Shown here: positions 27,269-32,288 of the stretch, piece after piece
How positions within the stretch are numbered: the first letter of the stretch is position 1
How the letters are laid out: each line of letters opens with the position of its first letter
Source: a virus
Taxonomy: Duplodnaviria; Caudoviricetes
Direction: 5' to 3' (one strand)
IMG/VR virus record: IMGVR_UViG_3300025267_003651
Span: 1 to 32,288 of that record
DNA: 32,288 bases
Translations under genes and position numbers: made by a program
The notes under the pieces: model-generated
The model's database searches: none
Told to the model about the DNA's origin: nothing
Seen by the model: only the letters and a program-made list of their open reading frames with translations

Positions 27269-28005
27269 CCCTTCACCAGCTTCCAGCGCTGGTCCCGCCG
27301 CCCGCTTTCGGGCATGGGGCCGGGCTCGATCGCGCCCTCATGGGCCAGGCGGGTGATCTCGCGCCCCACCAGCTCTTCCTTGGCGTCCAGCACCGTGGCT
27401 AGGCCCCGCGGCGTCCCAGGCGCGCGGCCCAGGGCGTCCAGGATCCGCGCCCCCAGCGGGGCGGACGGCGTCGGGTCGCCCCGATAGATCACCGGCATGG
27501 GCTTGAAGGGCGCCGCGACGATGGGGTCAGGCCGCCCCGCTGCCGCGACATCGATGCCGAACCGCAGCGCCAGGGCGCCGTCCGCGGCGACACGCTCTGA
27601 GGTCAGGCTGGCGTGGCTCACAGGCTCAGGCGGCGGCTCAGGCAACAGCTCCGGCTCAGGCTCAGGCTCTCCTGCCCCCTCCGCCGCCTCATCTTCCAGC
27701 ACCAGCCCCACGGCCTCGATCACCGCGGCCAGCGCCTCGCGATACCGGCCCTTCTGGTTCGCCTTGGCCCCCTGGATTGTCCCGGTCGGCATGCCCAGCA
27801 TCCGCGCCAGCCCCGCCTCCTGCGCACCCGTAGCCCGGGCCAGGCCGACAATCGCCGGCGCCAGGCATCGCCGCGCCCCATAGCGCCGCGCCCCCTCCCC
27901 GGTCAGCACCGCCACCGGGTCATCCCCATAGGCCCGGGCCGAGGCCACCACGGCCCAGGCGACCGCATCGGCGCTCACCACCACATCCGCTCGGCCTCTG
28001 GCCAT
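27265..28005 (-). CDS. Hypothetical protein, HTH-like N- and C-terminal domains joined by a PE-rich linker
   Basis: Coupled in the operon; EPEPEP linker; C-terminal ILDAL..TPRGLATVL..EITRLAHEG. Confidence 0.6.
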   Translation of the reverse strand: MARGRADVVVSADAVAWAVVASARAYGDDPVAVLTGEGARRYGARRCLAPAIVGLARATGAQEAGLARMLGMPTGTIQGAKANQKGRYREALAAVIEAVGLVLEDEAAEGAGEPEPEPELLPEPPPEPVSHASLTSERVAADGALALRFGIDVAAAGRPDPIVAAPFKPMPVIYRGDPTPSAPLGARILDALGRAPGTPRGLATVLDAKEELVGREITRLAHEGAIEPGPMPESGRRDQRWKLVKG

Positions 28006-28006
28006 C

Positions 28007-28393
28007 TCAGTCCTCCCCGATCCGGCGTTTCCAGGTTTCCACCTGCGCCAGCGTGTCCTCGGTCAACAGCTGCTCCAGCCCCCGCGCCGCCTGGGCGGCC
28101 ACCCGCCCCAGGATCTCGCGCTCCAGGCCCCGTTCGGCCCGCACCAGGCCGCCGGCCGCCGCAATCAGGGCGTCCTTCAGCGCGCCGGCGCTGGCATAGG
28201 GCAGCGGGAAATGGGTCGTCCGGGCCTGGCCCAGGGCATGGGCGAACACCGCCTGCGCCTGCCGGTCGGCCACGGCGTCGCCGGCCTCCCCTTGCGTCTC
28301 CGCATAGGCCACGGCCTGGGCCAGAAAGCCCTGCCACCACGAACGCCGTTCGCCAAAGGACAGGACGGGGCTGCGGGCATGGCGGCGGTTCAT
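28007..28393 (-). CDS. Hypothetical protein at the CII position
   Basis: ATGA overlap with cro; fills the operon. Confidence 0.6.
   Translation of the reverse strand: MNRRHARSPVLSFGERRSWWQGFLAQAVAYAETQGEAGDAVADRQAQAVFAHALGQARTTHFPLPYASAGALKDALIAAAGGLVRAERGLEREILGRVAAQAARGLEQLLTEDTLAQVETWKRRIGED
28339..28353. repeat. Dispersed palindrome copy 7 (ACGAACGCCGTTCGC, 14/15 match)
   Basis: Read directly from the sequence; near the start of the gene after cro. Confidence 0.75.
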
Positions 28394-28665
28394 GGGGCGG
28401 CCTCGCCCTCTTCGGGATCACGCCCGCGGATATGGGGCGGATAGAAGTCCCGCTCGGTCACCTGGCCCTCTGTCAGCGCTGTGATCCGGGCCAGCACGTC
28501 GGCCCCCGGAACCGATCGGTCGGGGTGGCCGAACTCCAGGCAATAGCGGCGCACGGCCTCAGGCGTGACCTCCAGCCGCTTGGCCACGTGGGGCGGGCGC
28601 AGCTTTCGCGTCCACAGCCAATGGGCCAGCTTGGGCCGCTCGACGGGCTCAGGAATGGTGTTCAT
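28390..28665 (-). CDS. Cro-like HTH regulator
   Basis: 91 aa with HTH PPHVAKRLEVTPEAVRRYC and a ..VP...LARITALTEGQVT..DF motif; divergent from CI. Confidence 0.8.
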   Translation of the reverse strand: MNTIPEPVERPKLAHWLWTRKLRPPHVAKRLEVTPEAVRRYCLEFGHPDRSVPGADVLARITALTEGQVTERDFYPPHIRGRDPEEGEAAP

Positions 28666-28697
28666 CCGGCGTCTCGAATCATGAGGCCAGAAGACAA

Positions 28698-28732
28698 GAA
28701 CTGATTTGTTGCTTTTCGCAACCCACAGGTTG
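28698..28732. promoter_or_regulatory. OR-like operators / divergent promoters
   Basis: GAAC-N6-GTTG (28698-28711) and CAAC-N6-GTTG (28719-28732) between cro and cI; TTGCGA -35-like hexamer on the minus strand. Confidence 0.6.
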
Positions 28733-28792
28733 GGCTAAACGCCAACCGTGCTGTCACTCGCCCCACACCCCTATCCGCCTAGGTTCGCACCT

Positions 28793-29563
28793 ATGGCGAG
28801 AGAATCGGTGGATACCCCGGAAGCGAAGCTATTGGGCGACGCCCTGCGCGCCCTGCGCAACCGTCTGAAGATCAGCCGCGACGTGGCAGGCGAGCGCATC
28901 GGCATCAGCGCCGAAGGGTGGCGCAAGTACGAGATTGGCGCTGCCAAGGCGATCTTCAGCCCTGACACCCAGATCCGCCTGACCAATGCGCTCCAGGCCA
29001 CCCGCGAGGATCTGCTCGAGGAGCGCGCCCGCCTGGCCGGCGAGGATCCGCCGCCACGCGCCGCGCCGACGCCGGCCGAACGCACCAGCTGGGCGCAGGC
29101 CCGCGCCCCGGAGCTGACCCTGCTGCCGATCCGCGACACCGTCCAGGCGGGCGCCTGGCTGCTCGCCGACGACTACCGCCAGGATACGCCGGCCAGCCAC
29201 CCCGTGGCCCGCGACCCCCGCTTTCCCCAGGCCGCCCAGTGGCTGTCTGAGGTCCGGGGCGACTCCATGAACAAGCTGAACATCGTCGAAGGCGACCTGG
29301 TCCACTGCGTGGACGCCGTCGAGCTCGGCTACTATCCGCGCACCGGCGACGTGGTCGAGGTGGAGCGCCTCCGCTTTGGCGGCCAGGAGCGGGAGCTTAC
29401 GCTGAAGCAGGTCGAGGTCGGCCCCGACGGCGTCTTCCTCTGGCCCCGGTCCACAAATCCGCGCTTTCGCAACGCCCTAGTGCTGAACGATGGCGCCGAC
29501 GCTGGCGAGGAGATCGAGGTGCGGGTCCGCGCCCTCGTGGTCGCCGCGATCCGGCGGCTTTAG
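28793..29563 (+). CDS. CI-like repressor, XRE HTH plus S24 autopeptidase
   Basis: N-terminal HTH, VQAG cleavage site, VRGDSM catalytic Ser, TLK catalytic Lys. Confidence 0.92.
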   Translation: MARESVDTPEAKLLGDALRALRNRLKISRDVAGERIGISAEGWRKYEIGAAKAIFSPDTQIRLTNALQATREDLLEERARLAGEDPPPRAAPTPAERTSWAQARAPELTLLPIRDTVQAGAWLLADDYRQDTPASHPVARDPRFPQAAQWLSEVRGDSMNKLNIVEGDLVHCVDAVELGYYPRTGDVVEVERLRFGGQERELTLKQVEVGPDGVFLWPRSTNPRFRNALVLNDGADAGEEIEVRVRALVVAAIRRL

Positions 29564-30117
29564 CCGGCCACGGCCAGCGGCGCAGACGCGCTCAGCTTGA
29601 CCCCGAAATGGCCATGGCCGTCATCATCGGCCCAGCCGCCGACGATCCGCGCCGGCGCCCCCGCCGCCACAAGGCCCAGGCCCAGGCGCTCCAGCTCGCC
29701 GCGATAGATGCGGGCCGAGGTCCGATCCAGGTGACCCACCAGCCGCCCGTCGATCTCCACCTGGACCGCCAAGGGATCGTGCGGGTTGTCATCAACCGGA
29801 CGCAGCACGGCGAGCGCGGGCGCGTTCTGACCATCCTCTGACTTGCCGCCGCACAGGTCCCAGAGCACGTCCTGATAGTGGCTCTCGCCGACCACATTGA
29901 GGCTCGCCCGCTGCCCAGCCTCCGCCTTGGCGGATCGCAGGCGCGGCCCGTCGAAGGCCGCGCCGAGCGCGGGCGCCTTGGTCTTGCTCTTGGTCTTGGC
30001 CTGAGGGGATCGCGCCTGGGCGACCGGCACGGTGGCGCCCTTCGGCTTTCGACTCTGCGTCCAGACGATCGCCAGCACGGCCACCGCAATTACCAGGAGC
30101 ACCACAGTCTCGGCCAA
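29560..30117 (-). CDS. Membrane-anchored HIRAN-domain protein
   Basis: TTG start at 30117 with GGAGG; N-terminal TM, Lys/Ala linker, HIRAN motifs VVGESHYQ and DNPHDPLAVQVEIDGRLVGHL. Confidence 0.75.
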   Translation of the reverse strand: MAETVVLLVIAVAVLAIVWTQSRKPKGATVPVAQARSPQAKTKSKTKAPALGAAFDGPRLRSAKAEAGQRASLNVVGESHYQDVLWDLCGGKSEDGQNAPALAVLRPVDDNPHDPLAVQVEIDGRLVGHLDRTSARIYRGELERLGLGLVAAGAPARIVGGWADDDGHGHFGVKLSASAPLAVAG

Positions 30118-30243
30118 ATTCGCCTCCCCAGGCCTATTTTCTCCAACCTTCAACGCCGTGGCAGGACGCGCAACAGGCGACGCGGCGGCGACCAACCAAC
30201 CCAACCCTTGGGGTGCGTCGCGCCGATAGTTGTGTTCTGGGAG

Positions 30244-30272
30244 TTGACACCCCAACCTAATAGTTGTGATCT
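30244..30272 (+). promoter_or_regulatory. PL-like promoter with operator in the spacer
   Basis: TTGACA at 30244, CAAC-CTAATA-GTTG at 30253-30266, then TGATCT after a 17-nt spacer. Confidence 0.6.
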
Positions 30273-30278
30273 CCACCT

Positions 30279-30382
30279 CGCCCCGCGCCGACCCTCTCGG
30301 TCATTCCGACTGCGAGTTCCGATGGAAACGGCGTCTGTGTTGAAGCTGCGATCCGACCTTCGGGTGTGATCGGCGCGGGGCG
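30279..30382 (+). ncRNA. Candidate structured leader RNA
   Basis: Perfect 13-bp closing stem CGCCCCGCGCCGA / TCGGCGCGGGGCG enclosing short hairpins, including a cUUCGg loop. Confidence 0.45.
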
Positions 30383-30394
30383 GGACGCTTGCCC

Positions 30395-30787
30395 ATGTCG
30401 GTCGTTCTGCCCTTTCCCGCCCCTCCCCTGCCCTTCGCCCGTCCGGCCGATGACACCGTCGTGGTCTTCCACAACGGCCAGGGCCTGCGCTTCGACAGCC
30501 CCGCGGCCATGCGCCGCTCGGTCCTCGACGCCGAGCTGCCGGAGATCCGCGCCGCCCTGGACGGCCTGGAGGCCCGCGCTGCCGAGCTGCAGGGCCAGGC
30601 CCAGGCCGCCGCCAAGGCCGCCCTCTCCCTGTCGCGCGACCTGACCGCCGAGCGCCAGGCGCACGCCGCGCGCCTCAGGGCCGAGCGCAACGCGAACGCC
30701 GTTCGCCTCCGCGACACCGGCGTCGCCTGCCTCGCCGCCGGTATCGGCCTCGGCCTGGTCATGGCCGCCGTCCTGGGGCTCGGCTGA
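30395..30787 (+). CDS. Hypothetical coiled-coil protein with C-terminal TM
   Basis: First ORF of the plus-strand early operon; GC3-rich codons. Confidence 0.7.
   Translation: MSVVLPFPAPPLPFARPADDTVVVFHNGQGLRFDSPAAMRRSVLDAELPEIRAALDGLEARAAELQGQAQAAAKAALSLSRDLTAERQAHAARLRAERNANAVRLRDTGVACLAAGIGLGLVMAAVLGLG
30692..30706. repeat. Dispersed palindrome copy 8 (GCGAACGCCGTTCGC)
   Basis: Read directly from the sequence; encodes A-N-A-V-R. Confidence 0.9.
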
Positions 30788-30789
30788 CC

Positions 30790-31170
30790 ATGGAAAAGGT
30801 CACCTGCGGCTTCTGCCTCACCCCCTTCGCCCCGGGCGCCGAGCGCCTGGCCCTGACCGATCGCCGTCGCTGGGTCGGCGTGCGGGCCGGCGTCGGCATG
30901 TGGTCGGCCCCCCTGGACCGGGTCATGCTCGACCTGGCCCAGCGCCTGGGCGCCGCGCCGGGCGCGCTCACCGTCCATCAGGGCGCAGGCCCGCCGGGCG
31001 ACCACGCCGACATCGAGATCCGCGGCCCCGCCCGCGCCTCGGGAGCTGTCGAGGTCCTGGCCCTGGTCGCCCACGGCCTCACCGCCGACCAGGCCCGCGC
31101 CGGCCTCGCCGCCGCCGCCCGCCTGCTCCGCCCCAGCCAAGGCCGCCTCGCCCAAGGCCGCGCCGCATGA
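30790..31170 (+). CDS. Hypothetical protein
   Basis: Tightly packed in the operon; GC3-rich codons. Confidence 0.65.
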   Translation: MEKVTCGFCLTPFAPGAERLALTDRRRWVGVRAGVGMWSAPLDRVMLDLAQRLGAAPGALTVHQGAGPPGDHADIEIRGPARASGAVEVLALVAHGLTADQARAGLAAAARLLRPSQGRLAQGRAA

Positions 31171-31304
31171 GCCGCCGCCAGCGCCCGAAGGGCCGCCTGT
31201 TCAACGCCGCCTATGCCGACCTGCTCGAACTGGCCGGCGTCATCGCCGCCGTCTTCCTCGCCGCCGGCGCCCTCGCCTTCATCCGCCACCTGACCGGAGC
31301 CTGA
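31167..31304 (+). CDS. 45-aa single-TM protein
   Basis: ATGA overlap; MSRRQRPKGRLFNAAYADLLELAGVIAAVFLAAGALAFIRHLTGA. Confidence 0.6.
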   Translation: MSRRQRPKGRLFNAAYADLLELAGVIAAVFLAAGALAFIRHLTGA

Positions 31305-31307
31305 CCC

Positions 31308-32288
31308 ATGGCCCTGACCCCATTGATCCTCCAGAACGCCGAGGTCCTGCGCGCCCTGGCCGACGGCGAACACGCCTCCAACAAGGCCATGGCCGCCGCT
31401 CTCGACCGCGACGACGCCAACCTCGGCCGCTCGCTGCGCGCCCTCCAGGCCGCCGGCCTGGTGACCGAGGCCTCGCATCGCGGCGAACTGACCCCGGCCG
31501 CCCAGGACGCCCTGGCCGCCCTGGACCGCGCCGACCGGATCGACGCGGACGGCGCCCCCGCCGAACCCATGCCGCCCGGCTTCGCCCTCATCCCCCACCA
31601 GCTGATCGTCCCCGACGGCCTCAACCCTCGGAAACACTTCGACGAAACCGAGCTGGCCGAGCTGGCGGAATCCATCGCCCAGGACGGCCTGCTGGAGAAC
31701 CTGGTGGTCCGGCCGGCCGAGGCCAGCGAGTTCACCAGCCACCCCACCCACCGCCTGGTGGCCGGCGAACGCCGCTGGCGCGCCCTGCGCCTGCTGATCC
31801 AGGCCGGCCGCTGGGACCAGCCCATCCCCTGCAAGATCGTCGAGATCGACGACGCCGCCCACCGCCGCATCGCCCTGGTGGAGAACCTGCAACGCAAGGA
31901 CCTGCGCCCGATCGACGAGGCCCAGGCGCTGAAAGACCTGATGGAGGTCACCGGCCAGGGCACGGCCGAAGTCGCCAAGGAAATCGGCTTCACCCAGCGC
32001 TTCGTCCAACAGCGACTGCAACTGCTGGCCCTACCGCCAAAGACCCAGGAACAGATCAACGCAGGCGCCCTGACCCTGGAGCGCGCCCGCGAGGAGATCG
32101 CCCGCATCAACCGCGCCACCGAGGCCGCCGAGAAGCGCAAGCTGGCCCCTGACGAGCTGCTGGCCCTGGCCGAGATCTTCACCGCCGGCGAGCGCCACGG
32201 CCAACGGCTGCAAAGCTGGTATCCCGCCACCTGGGTCCCGGTCGGCCATCGCGCGCTTGAGGATGGCGACGTCCTTCACCGCCTGGAA
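31308..32288 (+). CDS. ParB/Spo0J-family CTPase with an extra N-terminal winged HTH (truncated by the window end; not in the ORF track)
   Basis: Open for 327 codons. Contains NPRKHFDETELAELAESIAQDGLLENLVVRP, VAGERRWRA, ALVENLQRKDL and HTH TAEVAKEIGFTQRFVQQRLQLL. Confidence 0.92.
   Translation, partial: MALTPLILQNAEVLRALADGEHASNKAMAAALDRDDANLGRSLRALQAAGLVTEASHRGELTPAAQDALAALDRADRIDADGAPAEPMPPGFALIPHQLIVPDGLNPRKHFDETELAELAESIAQDGLLENLVVRPAEASEFTSHPTHRLVAGERRWRALRLLIQAGRWDQPIPCKIVEIDDAAHRRIALVENLQRKDLRPIDEAQALKDLMEVTGQGTAEVAKEIGFTQRFVQQRLQLLALPPKTQEQINAGALTLERAREEIARINRATEAAEKRKLAPDELLALAEIFTAGERHGQRLQSWYPATWVPVGHRALEDGDVLHRLE

Noticed and set aside
27614-27668. GGCTCA hexamer repeats
   Set aside because: They simply encode the EPEPEP linker.
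30279-30382. tRNA gene
   Set aside because: Cloverleaf-like, but there are no canonical D/T-loop consensus positions, no 7-nt anticodon loop and no CCA end.
31765-31779. GCGAACGCCGCTGGC, a 13/15 match to the dispersed palindrome inside parB
   Set aside because: The right arm is broken and the sequence is explained by the conserved GERRW motif; not counted as a copy.
30978-32230. 347-aa and 339-aa minus-strand ORFs
   Set aside because: Shadows of the plus-strand ParB gene, which has the real motifs but lacks a stop inside the window.

Overview
A GC-rich (roughly 70% by eye) temperate siphophage or prophage segment with lambdoid organisation, most likely from an alphaproteobacterial (Caulobacteraceae-like) host; the host is inferred from gene style. 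The minus strand, read from right to left, carries Cro, early and replication genes (DNA adenine methyltransferase, a phage-borne DnaN beta-clamp, an O-like initiator with iterons), a NusG/RfaH-like late antiterminator, HNH, cos, TerS/TerL, HK97 portal, ClpP protease and capsid, neck genes, tail genes (with a hidden -1 frameshift chaperone), a 1003-aa tail fibre ending in an SGNH esterase, and a lysis cassette. The plus strand carries CI and the opposite early operon, ending in a wHTH-ParB CTPase that runs off the window. No integrase, att site, tRNA or CRISPR array is visible. The most striking unexplained signal is a 15-bp palindrome, GCGAAC-G(C/G/T)C-GTTCGC. It occurs 8 times, every 2.4-5.5 kb across the window and mostly inside coding sequences, and may be the parS/KorB-like target of the phage ParB. 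Other highlights are a sialyltransferase/Maf-fold gene in the neck module, an ops-like element behind the NusG paralog, a membrane-anchored HIRAN protein in the immunity region, and a structured RNA leader.
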